Shown piece by piece: positions 40,283-50,801 of a stretch of DNA of 64,000 nt. This stretch comes from Candidatus Parcubacteria bacterium. Lineage in GTDB: Bacteria; Patescibacteriota; Saccharimonadia; UBA4664; JBIOIQ01. The notes beneath the pieces are model-generated. The model had not been told where the DNA came from. It made no database searches and was given only the letters and a program-made list of their open reading frames with translations. Position 1 is the stretch's first letter, and every line of letters starts with the position of its first letter. The stretch spans positions 132,396 through 196,395 of the forward strand of contig OY970378.1 of NCBI GenBank assembly GCA_963718875.1, given 5' to 3'. A program made the translations under genes and the position numbers.

Positions 40283-40576
40283 AAGCCCCAGGACATGGCG
40301 GTAGCCCTGGCCGTTTTCTAAAAAGCTAGCTACGCGAGTAACGGTCGTAGTACTGGCGCCGACTTTGTCGGTAATGCTGCGGTAGGGGGAACCATTAGCT
40401 AGCTCACGCGCAACATCTAGTCGTTCGCTCATGGCTTGAAGCTCGGAAAGGGTGGCGATGTCACGTAAAAAGTTTTGAACTTGGGATTCGGTTGTGCAGT
40501 CCAAAAACGCTCTACATAAACGCTTAAAAGCCGGGTCTTTGCTCCAAGTGGTTTCATTTAATCGACGTTTACTCAT
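40244..40576 (-). CDS. TrpR-like YerC/YecD regulator
   Basis: FLRDIAT.SEL.AMSERL, Y..I....GASTTTVTRV. Confidence 0.9.
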   Translation of the reverse strand: MSKRRLNETTWSKDPAFKRLCRAFLDCTTESQVQNFLRDIATLSELQAMSERLDVARELANGSPYRSITDKVGASTTTVTRVASFLENGQGYRHVLGLHHHWKPGFAMRE

Positions 40577-40705
40577 GGAAGTGAGCTTAGCACAGATGTT
40601 TGTATGTGTCAACGTTTTAATACGATGATACAGATTAATCAGGATTGTAGGTTTAAGTGAAGGGCACCCTTGCGGGTGCCCTGGTGATCGTCTCGTTTTA
40701 CCTCC

Positions 40706-41386
40706 TTACCCCTCTTGCAGACCGCGAATTTCTTGTTCCAAAACAAGCTGATCATCTACTTGTCTTAAAAGCGTATCGACGCAGACTCCTATTCCAGCAA
40801 TTACGTCAAAGTAATTGCGAATACTGTCGCGCACCTCGATTTCACAGATTCCGTGAGTGCCAACCCTGACAATTACTTGAGGGTACTGATCTGGGCTTGT
40901 AATAGTGGCGAAGCGGTATTCAACCCATTCTGGCTCCGGTGGGACCCAATAATTCTGACTACCCTGGTAATACACCGGGACGACGGAGTTTGCTCTAATA
41001 ACTGTTAGTCCTCTAGAGCTGAACCACTCTGCCAGAAAAATCTTCTTTTCTCTTCGAGTTAGCCTAGGAGGCTGAGAGTTAACTGTAATTTGGATTGAGT
41101 TACCGATGGCTCTTACTCTTGCCTCGTACGTCTTTGGGTTGGCCCATTCAACGACCCGAGTACGACGCACGGCTGCCATAGATCTAGGAAGAAGATTCGC
41201 CAAGTCGTCTATAAGCTGCAAAGGAGAGCGAACGTACTCGATGCCGATGGGACTAGGCTCATTCCAAGGAGGTCGCTTGCCTGCGCGATATGCCTCAGCA
41301 GCAACCAGCTTTTCTAAGGGGAAAATTCCATCTGGGATGTAGGGCGAAGTCACTTTTCGTACAGCAAGTCGATTGTCCTTAAACAC
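40706..41386 (-). CDS. hypothetical protein (islet)
   Basis: 226-aa ORF, AAGGAG SD, promoter and terminator flanks. Confidence 0.6.
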   Translation of the reverse strand: MFKDNRLAVRKVTSPYIPDGIFPLEKLVAAEAYRAGKRPPWNEPSPIGIEYVRSPLQLIDDLANLLPRSMAAVRRTRVVEWANPKTYEARVRAIGNSIQITVNSQPPRLTRREKKIFLAEWFSSRGLTVIRANSVVPVYYQGSQNYWVPPEPEWVEYRFATITSPDQYPQVIVRVGTHGICEIEVRDSIRNYFDVIAGIGVCVDTLLRQVDDQLVLEQEIRGLQEG

Positions 41387-41587
41387 GGGCTCACATCTCC
41401 TTCGTGCGGGTGATCACGAACAAGACCCTATCATAGGATTTTTTTTATTGTCAAACTTGAGAGCAAATTGAGTCTTATCCCTGATCCCTATGCTCATTTT
41501 TGAGACTTTTTGATCGGTTGGGAAGAGGAAGCTCTTCGAAGTTTTTATGCTGAGTTAGCTGACCCGAACGGTAGCTCGTTTAAATTG

Positions 41588-41905
41588 TTAATACCAGGCA
41601 AAAGCCAACATGTAGGCTACAAAAACCAAGACGAGACTTGAGCATATGGATAGTAAGGTTACAATCAACCGGTTTCTGATTAGCTGATAAATTAGGAGCC
41701 AAAGTAAGGCAAATGTTATGCCTGATGCCGCAAACTTTAAGACAGTCGCAAATGCACCTGATGTCAGCGAGTATGAAGGGATGATTTGATGCCAAATAGA
41801 TAAGTTTGAATAATGGTTATCTATTAAAGGGATTAAAGATAAATAACAAACTATAAAAACGGCTAAAAGCAACAAAAAAGGGATTATTTTTGGTTTCTTA
41901 AACAT
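41588..41905 (-). CDS. small membrane protein
   Basis: Three hydrophobic segments. Confidence 0.6.
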   Translation of the reverse strand: MFKKPKIIPFLLLLAVFIVCYLSLIPLIDNHYSNLSIWHQIIPSYSLTSGAFATVLKFAASGITFALLWLLIYQLIRNRLIVTLLSICSSLVLVFVAYMLAFAWY

Positions 41906-41983
41906 GAGCGTATTGTAGTGGATCAGCAAGTTTTGGGCTAGAGGAGACCTAGCGTTTTTATTTGATTAGCGAAACGTTACAAT

Positions 41984-42823
41984 ATGGGCATGACAGCGGA
42001 TGACGTAAAGGCTGTATTGCGACAACTGGGGAGTGCTGAAAAAGCCAAGAGTTCCGCTTGGTTTTTTAAGACTGGAGTTGGTCAATACGGTGAAGGAGAT
42101 GTGTTTATTGGCGTAACGGTGCCGGAGCAGCGGGCGGTGGCAAAACGATTTTTGGGTTTATCAATCCATGAGGTTGAAAATTTGTTGCATTCGCCAGAGC
42201 ATGAGTTTCGGCTGACGGCTTTAGTTATTTGGGTGAATCAATACCGGAAAGGCTCGGAGGAGGTTCAGGCTGAGATTTTTAAACGCTATTTGGCTAACAC
42301 CAAGTGGATTAATAATTGGGACTTAGTGGATGCTTCGGCAGATCAGATTGTAGGGGCTTACTTGCAGGGCGAAGATAAAGCTTTGCTTGCTAGGATGGCG
42401 CGATCTAGCGACTTGTGGGAAAGACGGATTGCCATGCTTGCGACCTTTTACTATATAAAAAAGGGTGACGCCGTTGATGCGCTAAAAGTGGCTGCGATTT
42501 TGGTTCATGACCATCACGATTTGATTCAAAAAGCCGTAGGATGGATGTTGCGCGAAGTCGGTAAGAGATGCGGTCAGCTGTCGTCGCAAATTGCTTTGTC
42601 GACAACTCCAGTCCGCATTCGTCGTAGGTCTACTACGGCTCACTTGCGGGCTTCATCGTCTCCTCGCACTTTATCAACGACCGCTGGCCTTGAATCCGGC
42701 GTAGAGATTTTGGAAGGGTTTTTGAAACAGCATTACAAGACTATGCCAAGGACGATGCTACGCTACGCGATTGAGCATTTTGAGCCAGAGCTGCGAACTG
42801 CTTACCTGAAAGGGCAGATATGA
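41984..42823 (+). CDS. DNA alkylation repair protein (AlkD-like)
   Basis: FFKTG.GQYGEGD.FIGV.VP, INNWDLVD, IQKAVGWMLRE.GK, MPRTMLRYAIE. Confidence 0.92.
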   Translation: MGMTADDVKAVLRQLGSAEKAKSSAWFFKTGVGQYGEGDVFIGVTVPEQRAVAKRFLGLSIHEVENLLHSPEHEFRLTALVIWVNQYRKGSEEVQAEIFKRYLANTKWINNWDLVDASADQIVGAYLQGEDKALLARMARSSDLWERRIAMLATFYYIKKGDAVDALKVAAILVHDHHDLIQKAVGWMLREVGKRCGQLSSQIALSTTPVRIRRRSTTAHLRASSSPRTLSTTAGLESGVEILEGFLKQHYKTMPRTMLRYAIEHFEPELRTAYLKGQI

Positions 42824-43140
42824 ACGTTGAAGAATATTGTTTGAGTTTGCCGGGAGTGGTCGAAGATTACCCATTTGGCGACGGGGTGGCAGTATTCAAA
42901 GTGGGAGGCAAGATGTTTGCGCTGACAAGTCCGGCCGGAAAACCGACAAGTGTTAACTTGAAATGTGATCCGGCTCTGGCTGTAAGTTTGCGCCAAACTT
43001 ATCCTGCCGTGACTCCTGGCTATCACATGAACAAAACGCATTGGAACACGGTGGAGCTGGATGGGGGTGTGCCGGATGAGGAGCTAGCGCGGTGGATCGA
43101 ACATTCCTATGAGTTGGTGGCACCAGAGCTGAGAAGTTAA
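42820..43140 (+). CDS. MmcQ/YjbR family DNA-binding protein
   Basis: FKVGGKMFA, NLKCDP, PGYHMNK.HWN. Confidence 0.93.
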   Translation: MNVEEYCLSLPGVVEDYPFGDGVAVFKVGGKMFALTSPAGKPTSVNLKCDPALAVSLRQTYPAVTPGYHMNKTHWNTVELDGGVPDEELARWIEHSYELVAPELRS

Positions 43141-43217
43141 AGAGCTAATCCGGGCGGAGTCTTTTAATCATCCAGAGGTTAAACCTCTGGATGAAACCTC
43201 TGGATGATCGACGTAGA

Positions 43218-43919
43218 TTAGTGGTCAACTTTTTGTTGTTCGACAACCGTTCTTAAAAGCGGGTGGAGAATAAGATTGCCAGTTTTATGAAGCCATAAGT
43301 CGAGATATTCGTTTTGGAGTCTCCCTTCGTTCGACATTCTTCGAAACTCAAAAACGCCTTCTGGCGTAAAACTAGAAACCTTGGTTGGCGGGTGACCTAA
43401 ATCTGGCAAAACGCCAACAATACCGTCCCAAGCACGGGACATGCTATCCAAATCTGGCTCTAGGGGTCTAAAGGAAATGGAGGTTGTGCCTTGGTCACCG
43501 TCCTCAACTGTTACTTCCAGCGCACGAAGCTTTTCTTTCGTCGCTTGATCCAAAACAAATTCTCCGTCTATACTTTGGATGTCGTGGTTAATACCAGCAA
43601 ACCCCGAAGAAGTTGTAAGATAGCCTTTTCTCCACATTGATAAAACCGCTTGCCTTACTTGCGGTTCAAGACTCTCGATTAACATCCCCATTCCTAGCTC
43701 TTCTTCAGTCGCAGTAGGATTAGTCAAAAGTCTCTCCCGGGTATCATTAAAAGACTGTACATAGGCTTGCTCGCGCAAATCATAAAAACCGGCTAACCTG
43801 TCGGTCATTTCATTAATTTCGTATTGGGTTACTTTTGGCTTAGCAGCCTCCGCTGTATTCCAATTGCTCAAATTAGAATTGATTTGGTCTATGTTGTCCT
43901 GTGAGTTCGATTCGCCCAT
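43218..43919 (-). CDS. hypothetical protein
   Basis: 233-aa ORF, LEPQVR.AV....KGY.T.SSGF. Confidence 0.7.
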   Translation of the reverse strand: MGESNSQDNIDQINSNLSNWNTAEAAKPKVTQYEINEMTDRLAGFYDLREQAYVQSFNDTRERLLTNPTATEEELGMGMLIESLEPQVRQAVLSMWRKGYLTTSSGFAGINHDIQSIDGEFVLDQATKEKLRALEVTVEDGDQGTTSISFRPLEPDLDSMSRAWDGIVGVLPDLGHPPTKVSSFTPEGVFEFRRMSNEGRLQNEYLDLWLHKTGNLILHPLLRTVVEQQKVDH

Positions 43920-44035
43920 ATGCTTAAACTTAGATTAATTTGCTGGTCTGGTTGTAATATAAGGTATTGTTCAGACAAACTCAATTTATAAGATCAAAAA
44001 GCAATGTCCCGCACCGTTGGGCGGTGCGGGACTGG

Positions 44036-44377
44036 TTATGGAGCTAAAGTTCGCTCCTGTGTCGGTTGGCCAGTTTGGCGGGTCGTTAGCGCATCGATGG
44101 CGAAGCTGATGAACGGCTTGGCCGCCGCATAGCCTTCGACATGGGCATCGATCACTTCCATTAGGTCTTGGAAGGTTGGAGCGGTCAATCTTCTGAGTAG
44201 GTTGAAAATGGCATTGATCGGATACAGAACGCTTTCCCCCGTACTGCTCATGTTCGAGATTGTTGCCCACAGTTTGCCGGCTTCTTGGGTTACCGTAGTG
44301 TCACTGGACGTGTCGGGATCCAAGTTGAGCCGTCCCAGGATGGCATGGACAACCGCAGTAGTGTCGGATGTGCTCAC
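44036..44377 (-). CDS. hypothetical protein (islet)
   Basis: AGAGG SD, GTG start, terminator hairpin at 44008-44031. Confidence 0.6.
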   Translation of the reverse strand: MSTSDTTAVVHAILGRLNLDPDTSSDTTVTQEAGKLWATISNMSSTGESVLYPINAIFNLLRRLTAPTFQDLMEVIDAHVEGYAAAKPFISFAIDALTTRQTGQPTQERTLAP

Positions 44378-44578
44378 CGTTACCTCTTTTCAGTCGAATG
44401 GGTTTTGCTATTATGCCTGAACTGGAGGTGGTTGGCAAACTCTCGGTTCGTCGAGGCTGCCTAACTGAGAGTTGGCGCAAAAAAAGATGTGCGTTTTAAT
44501 CGGAGGGCGTAAAGAAGAAAGCACCCCGGGCCGCTCTGGTGGGAGCGACGCCGGGGTGCGAGACGGGGAGGATGAGGG

Positions 44579-45121
44579 CTAGTCCCTCGGGTTGATGGTG
44601 AGGGTGCCGGTGAATGTCTGGGTGTTGTAGAGGACCCGGACGGGGCTTCCGTCCATGACGAGGTTGCCGGTCAAGATCCAGCTGTTGTTGATTCCCGACT
44701 CCCGATCAACGTGGTTAACGAGCACGGTGACGGTGCGGGACTGCTTCGTGGTGAAGACGATGTTTTGTCCACCGAAGAAGCGGTTCCCGAGATCGTCACG
44801 GATGGGGCTGCGTCCCGGGATGATGTCGAGCTGGCGGGTGGCAGCAGCATTGATGGTGAGCCTTCCATCCCTAGTGTGGGTGTGGTAGTAGCCCGAGAAC
44901 GGAACTTGGGCTCTGGCGGTCACCCCTGCGATGTTCCAGCAGAAGGGGTTTTTGGTGTGCGTGAGGGAGTTCACATACACATTGACTTTACGCCCGGATT
45001 CAGTGATGAAGGTGACCATCTTCCGTGCGTAGGTGCGCTGGAATAGCTCAAGGCCGTCGGGGTTGTCGGAGCCGTCTATCTTGATTTCGTGGCGGGTTGT
45101 TGTAGGTGCGGCAGCGGACAT
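44579..45121 (-). CDS. hypothetical protein with internal two-fold repeat
   Basis: Two similar beta-rich modules each ending Y.T.T..G.LTIN. Confidence 0.7.
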   Translation of the reverse strand: MSAAAPTTTRHEIKIDGSDNPDGLELFQRTYARKMVTFITESGRKVNVYVNSLTHTKNPFCWNIAGVTARAQVPFSGYYHTHTRDGRLTINAAATRQLDIIPGRSPIRDDLGNRFFGGQNIVFTTKQSRTVTVLVNHVDRESGINNSWILTGNLVMDGSPVRVLYNTQTFTGTLTINPRD

Positions 45122-45160
45122 GAGTGCCTCACGTTCAGCTCCTGAGATAGTGCAGGGCCT

Positions 45161-46194
45161 CCTCCATTCCGTTTTGAATCAGGACAGTCAACCCGTAGAG
45201 TGTCATCATGGTAAAAGCTACTAAACTAACATCGGCAGAGCGTTCGGAAATAGAAATTCTTTTAAATAAAGGTCACACTCTTAGGGCCATTGGTCGGGCT
45301 TTGGGCCGGAGCCTCAATACCATCAGTGATGAGGTGAAGCGTAATAAGACCCCGGAAGGCTACAATGCCCGCATCGCCAAACAAAAAGCCTACGTCAAAC
45401 GCAAGTATGCCAAGTACCAGGGCAAGAAGATCCAGGAGAATGATGATTTGCGCTGGTACATCATTGTGCGCCTCATGGATGGCTGGAATCCCGATGAGAT
45501 AGCGGGACGACTAAAAAAAGATCAGCACGGTTACTATGCCTCTAAGACAGCCATCTACGAATGGCTCGACAGCGCCAGAGGGCAGAAGTACTGTGACTAC
45601 CTGCCCTCCCGTAGGTACAGACCAAAGAAGCGCAAACCAAAGACCGATCGGGTGATGATTCCAGATCGGGTGAGTATTACAGAGCGCCCCCATGAAGCTA
45701 CCGTCCGGAGCGAAGTGGGCCACTATGAGGGGGATACCATCGTTAGCGGCAAGCGGACTGGATCAAAAGCAGCAATCGTAGTGATTCAGGAACGAGTCAC
45801 CAGACTGATTGCTGCTAGACCCATCCCAGACTTGTGTCCGGTGAGCTTTAATGGAGCCATCAGCTCTTCCAAACTGGTCTTGCTCTCATCAGCAGTCTGA
45901 CTCTCGACAACGGTATCGAGAACCGTTGGCACAGATTGCTCGATATGCTCGTTTTTTTCTGTGACCCCTATTCTAGCTGGCAAAAAGGAGGGGTGGAAAA
46001 CGCCAACCGAATGATTCGGCACTACTTGCCCAAAGGCATGGATCTAGCCACCGTGACGAACAAAGAATTGCAGCGTATCATTACGATCATAAACAACAAA
46101 CCCAGGAAGATCCTGGGATATATGTCCGCTATTGAAATGGCTAAAGAGAAAGGAGTTTTACGAGAGACTGTCCTGATTGAGGGGTGAATTCAGG
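45161..46194 (+). mobile_element. IS30-family insertion sequence
   Basis: Imperfect 29-bp terminal IRs sharing AATCAGGACAGTC/GACTGTCCTGATT. Confidence 0.85.
45208..46187 (+). pseudogene. IS30 transposase, frameshifted near 45865-45890
   Basis: HTH N-terminus and GHYEGDT in one frame; SLTLDNG, WQKGGVENAN, NNKPRKILG in another. Confidence 0.88.
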
Positions 46195-46211
46195 GCAAAC
46201 ACTGTTAATTG

Positions 46212-46240
46212 ATTATAGCACCAATGCTTAAATAAGTCAA
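46212..46240 (-). promoter_or_regulatory. sigma70 promoter facing the IS and gene 44579-45121
   Basis: TTGACT-N17-TATAAT with TG extension. Confidence 0.7.
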
Positions 46241-46444
46241 ATTTGCGTAATCGTGAATCTAGTCTATTTTCTTTTCTGGGTCCCCGATCCGGAGCGGTTG
46301 AGTACAACCTTCCGATCGAGGATGACGATGAGGCTGTTCAGGTTAATGTTATGACAAGTCGGACTTCTCACCGGAAAAGAAGTCCGACTTGTATTGACTT
46401 TTCGGTTTTTGTTTGGTATGCAAGATTAGGGGTATAATACTGCT

Positions 46445-48187
46445 ATGGATGAGGTTGGGGAAATCAAACAAAGGTTGGACGTGGCTGAAGTAGTGGGGGG
46501 ATACATTACCCTTAAACAAGCAGGACGTAACCTAAAGGCACCGTGTCCGTTTCATAATGAAAAATCGGCTAGTTTTATGGTGAGCCCAGAAAAGGGCATT
46601 TGGCACTGTTTTGGCTGTGGAGAAGGCGGCGACATTTTTAAGTTTGTGATGCGCATGGAGGGGTTGGAGTTTAGGTCGGCTCTGGAATTATTGGCAAAAA
46701 AGGCCGGAGTTGAGCTTAAAAACACTGGCCGCAATGATAACTCGAAGGTTAAAGAGCGTTTGATTAAAGCTCATGATTGGGCGGTCAAGTACTTTCAATC
46801 CAGCTTGGTGCGTAATGAAAAGGCTCTCAATTATGTTGTTAAATCACGTGGGCTGACGAGGCAAACTATTATTGATTTTCAGATTGGTTATGCACCGCAA
46901 AGCTGGGAAGGCTTGGTAGGGATATTACGCAAAAAAGGCTTTAGCGATGACGAGCTAGTTAAGAGTGGGTTGGCGGGCCAGCGGACTGCGGGACGAGGAC
47001 TTTATGACAGTTTTCGAGGACGAATTATGTTTACCATTTGCGATGGGCAAGGTCGGCCAATTGGGTTTACAGGGAGGGTGCTGGATGATTCAGTTCCAAA
47101 GTACTTAAATACCCCGCAAACTATGTTGTACGACAAAAGCCGGGCCATATATGGGTTGCACTTAGCCAAAGAAGCTATTCGGTCAAGCGACGAAGTGGTG
47201 CTGGTAGAGGGCAATATGGACGTGGTAGCGAGCCATCAGGCGGGGGTAAAGCAAGTGGTGGCGGCTAGCGGGACAGCTTTGACGCTTGATCAGCTAAAGA
47301 CGCTGGGGCGATTAACCAAAAATGTAAAATTGGCTTTTGACCAAGATTTGGCGGGGTTAGCTGCTACAGAGCGGGCAATTGAACTGGCGCAAAAGCTAGG
47401 CCTGGTTTTAAAAGTTGTGGTAATAAAAGACGCTAAGGACCCAGATGAGCTCATAACACAGTCGGTGAAAGCTTGGGAAAAGTCCATTGCTGAGGCGCCG
47501 TATGTGGTGGATTACTTGTTTGAACGCTTCAAAAGCGAGTATGACTTAACTTCGGCAACGGGCAAGCGTCAGTATAGCGACCGCTTGGCAGCAAACTTGC
47601 GCAGGCTGGCCGATCCGGTGGAGCGTGATCACTACGTACAACTGTTGGCTCGGACAATTGATGTTTCTGTAGAGGCAGTTAAGCAAAAGCTTGAGCAAGC
47701 GCCTACAGAAACAGAGGTTAGACCTGCGGGCAAACCTCAGCATACGCCCGTGCCGACTGTATTAGAGCCCAAGAGTGGCAAACACGTACTAGAAGAGGCA
47801 ATGCTAGCGCTGGTTTTGGCCTATCCTGATACCCGAATTAGTCTAGATGATTTAAAGGAAAGTGATTTTGATATGCCGATGGCTGCGGAAATACTAGTTT
47901 GTATTCGTCAACACGTCTTACGATCTAGTCAAGAAATAGCAGTTCTCTTGCCAAATGCCAGTGACTATGTCAAAATTCTTACATTACGGGGCGAGGAGCA
48001 ATATGCGTCGCTCGCTCCTGCAGATCGAAGCAGTGAAGCCTTCCTGCTTGCTAGACGGCTGCAAATCCGTGCCAACAAGTACAGACGAGAGAATATAAGC
48101 AAACAACTTCGCGAAGCCGAAACCAAGGGTGATGCGGCGTTGGCGTTGCGTTTGCAAAAACAGTTTCAAACGTTGATGGATGAGTAA
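46445..48187 (+). CDS. dnaG: DNA primase
   Basis: CPFH.EK..SF...HCFGC, PKYLN, VEGNMD, FDQD.AG, KDPD. Confidence 0.97.
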   Translation: MDEVGEIKQRLDVAEVVGGYITLKQAGRNLKAPCPFHNEKSASFMVSPEKGIWHCFGCGEGGDIFKFVMRMEGLEFRSALELLAKKAGVELKNTGRNDNSKVKERLIKAHDWAVKYFQSSLVRNEKALNYVVKSRGLTRQTIIDFQIGYAPQSWEGLVGILRKKGFSDDELVKSGLAGQRTAGRGLYDSFRGRIMFTICDGQGRPIGFTGRVLDDSVPKYLNTPQTMLYDKSRAIYGLHLAKEAIRSSDEVVLVEGNMDVVASHQAGVKQVVAASGTALTLDQLKTLGRLTKNVKLAFDQDLAGLAATERAIELAQKLGLVLKVVVIKDAKDPDELITQSVKAWEKSIAEAPYVVDYLFERFKSEYDLTSATGKRQYSDRLAANLRRLADPVERDHYVQLLARTIDVSVEAVKQKLEQAPTETEVRPAGKPQHTPVPTVLEPKSGKHVLEEAMLALVLAYPDTRISLDDLKESDFDMPMAAEILVCIRQHVLRSSQEIAVLLPNASDYVKILTLRGEEQYASLAPADRSSEAFLLARRLQIRANKYRRENISKQLREAETKGDAALALRLQKQFQTLMDE

Positions 48188-48321
48188 ATGAGTTCGCCTA
48201 TTGTTCGAACGTAGTGAGAGACTAACTATTTTTCGGTTAGTCTCTCGGCTGAAGCTTCGAACAATATTTCGGGGACGGTCAGCCAAGTGAAAAAAGTGGT
48301 AATGATTATAAAGGAGTTTTT

Positions 48322-49458
48322 ATGCCTAAAAAAGCCGTACAGCCGAGTGAAAATGATGATGAAAAAGCCCTGCGTCCTTCGGGCGATGGCGCTGACATTG
48401 ACGCTTTAGTAGCCAGAGGGAAAGAACAGGGCTTCTTGAGCCAGCAAGAAATTTTGGCTGCCGTGGGGGATCCTGAGGAAAACGTAGAGGAGCTTGATGA
48501 CATTTATGCTGCTTTACTTGAAAACAGTATTGAAATTGCCGATAGCAAAGAGCTTACCAGCGATTGGGATGATGCGGCAGAAGCGGAGCCAGAAGCGGCC
48601 GCCATCGAGAGTGATGACTACGTTAAAGACATTGCCGACGACTCAGTACGGCTGTATTTACGCGAGATTGGTCGTGTGCCGCTTTTAACCGGCGCCGAAG
48701 AAGTTGAGCTAGCTAAAAAGATTGAGGCAGGCGATAAGATAGCCAAAGACAAGATGGTAGAAGCCAACTTGCGTTTGGTGGTGAGTATTGCCAAAAAATA
48801 CATTGGCCGTGGATTGGATTTGTTAGATCTAATTCAAGAAGGGTCGAGTGGTTTGCTGCGGGCTGTCGAAAAGTTTGATTACACTAAGGGTTATAAGTTT
48901 AGCACCTATGCTACTTGGTGGATTCGTCAGGCTATTACCCGAGCCATTGCCGACCAAGCTCGAACCATTCGTATCCCTGTGCACATGGTGGAAACCATCA
49001 ACAAGCTCATCCGTACGCAACGCCGTTTGGTGCAAGAGCTGGGTCGCGAACCGTTGCCAGAGGAAATTGCCGCTGAAATGGAAATGGATGTCGAGAAAGT
49101 TAACCACATTATCAAGATTAAGCAGGATATTGTGAGTCTAGAAGCGCCTGTGGGAGAAGAAGAAGATTCCAAATTAGGTGATTTTATTGAAGACGAAGAT
49201 AATCCTCGCCCCGAAGAACTTGCGACTTACCAATTGCTAAAGGAGCATGTTAATAACGTGTTGGCATTGCTAACCCCGCGCGAGCAAAAGATTTTGCGCA
49301 TGCGGTTTGGGCTAGAAGATGGCCGGGGTCACACTTTGGAAGAAGTTGGACAAGAATTTGGCGTTACTCGCGAGCGGATACGGCAGATTGAAGCCAAGGC
49401 GTTAGCTAAATTGCGCAAACATCGTGAGAGTAAGAAGCTCAAAGATTATTTGCGCTAG
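48322..49458 (+). CDS. rpoD: primary sigma factor RpoD
   Basis: [50 protein letters not shown]. Confidence 0.97.
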   Translation: MPKKAVQPSENDDEKALRPSGDGADIDALVARGKEQGFLSQQEILAAVGDPEENVEELDDIYAALLENSIEIADSKELTSDWDDAAEAEPEAAAIESDDYVKDIADDSVRLYLREIGRVPLLTGAEEVELAKKIEAGDKIAKDKMVEANLRLVVSIAKKYIGRGLDLLDLIQEGSSGLLRAVEKFDYTKGYKFSTYATWWIRQAITRAIADQARTIRIPVHMVETINKLIRTQRRLVQELGREPLPEEIAAEMEMDVEKVNHIIKIKQDIVSLEAPVGEEEDSKLGDFIEDEDNPRPEELATYQLLKEHVNNVLALLTPREQKILRMRFGLEDGRGHTLEEVGQEFGVTRERIRQIEAKALAKLRKHRESKKLKDYLR

Positions 49459-49681
49459 GGCGGCTCGCGTACTTGTCTCATTTCGGCGTCAAAGCTTGCG
49501 CTTCGCATTCAACGTACCTATGAGTACGTCTCATTTGCTATGCTCAACTTTTCCTTGAACTGCATCCAAGTACGCAAGCCTTAGGAAAGATGAATGTTAG
49601 ATTAAAAACAACGAACCCCCGACCAGGCGAGCGGGGGGCTCGTTGTTCCTGGTCGAGGGCTTGGGAGGGTGTGAACCCTGG

Positions 49682-50503
49682 TTAAGCGGAGCGTGAGGCC
49701 GATCTGGCCTGCTTGGTCCAGTACCCCGGGTGGTTCATGTCGTCGGCGGTGTCAAGCAGTCGATGGCCTGGGACTCCGCCTGCTACGACCGCCTGATGGA
49801 GGGCGGTGAATTTCTTGATCAGTGCTCCGAGCGAATCGGGATGCATTGGTTCCTCCCATCTGCGCTGATACTTTTCCAGCAGCCCTATGGCTTCATTCAG
49901 AGCTGATGTGCATGATGACCTGGACATGCGTCCATACTGGATATTGCTCAGGAGCAGTCGGATTCTGGTGTACCATGCAGGGAAGTTGTCTTTGTCAGCT
50001 CCGAACTCGTTGGACACGAAGCCATCTAGCTGGGTTCGCAGAACGGGCATGTGCAGCCGCAGGCGTTCCGGCAGATTGGTGCCATCGCCCACGTCCTCGG
50101 TCAGCCTGGCGGAATCCTTCATGGCCGAAAGAAGACTTAAGAGAAACGTGTTCGGATAGGTTCCGGAAATGAGGATCCTCCAGGCCTCTGCCAAATGGGC
50201 CTCGAGAGCCCTTGCGACGATCTGCCAGTCGGTTGTAAAAAGCGGACGACTGGGGGTAGGGCCTCGCTGGCCGAAGGTGTCTTGAACTTCTTGCAGAGAC
50301 CCCAGAATTCGGGACAATGGTCCATGAAGAGCCGTTTGTGAAGGGTCGTTACTTCCGAGGGGACGCAGGTCGATCACTTGTCTACGCAAGTCTGTTGCTC
50401 CGAAGAAGGCGAACTTCGTTACCCAAGCCAGCGGATCGCCTTCTACTTTGGGGATGGTCAGGAAGATGGAGAGCCGGTCTCCGTCTATCGTGGTCATGGA
50501 CAT
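49682..50503 (-). CDS. hypothetical protein (GC-rich islet)
   Basis: 273 aa, AGGAG SD, upstream TTGACA, downstream terminator. Confidence 0.65.
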   Translation of the reverse strand: MSMTTIDGDRLSIFLTIPKVEGDPLAWVTKFAFFGATDLRRQVIDLRPLGSNDPSQTALHGPLSRILGSLQEVQDTFGQRGPTPSRPLFTTDWQIVARALEAHLAEAWRILISGTYPNTFLLSLLSAMKDSARLTEDVGDGTNLPERLRLHMPVLRTQLDGFVSNEFGADKDNFPAWYTRIRLLLSNIQYGRMSRSSCTSALNEAIGLLEKYQRRWEEPMHPDSLGALIKKFTALHQAVVAGGVPGHRLLDTADDMNHPGYWTKQARSASRSA

Positions 50504-50801
50504 GTGCTCCTATCGAGGAGGGTCGGGAACCCGACCAGGTGCAGGCCGACTTGGCCATGGATAAAGTTTGATACTAAATCATGTATTTGTCAATAAAAGC
50601 CTACCTGTCGTATGTTTTTTGGGCCTTTCACTTCGCTCGGAGCGTTGAAAGGGGTCGAAAAAATCAAGATAAGAGATCCCGGATCCGGAGCGCCAAGCTA
50701 TGCAATGGTTCGGCTTGGCTTCCGGTCCGGGATGACGTTTTTTTAAAACAACGAGCCCCCGACCAGACGAGCGGAGGCTCGTTGTAGTCGGGGGCGGGGC
50801 G

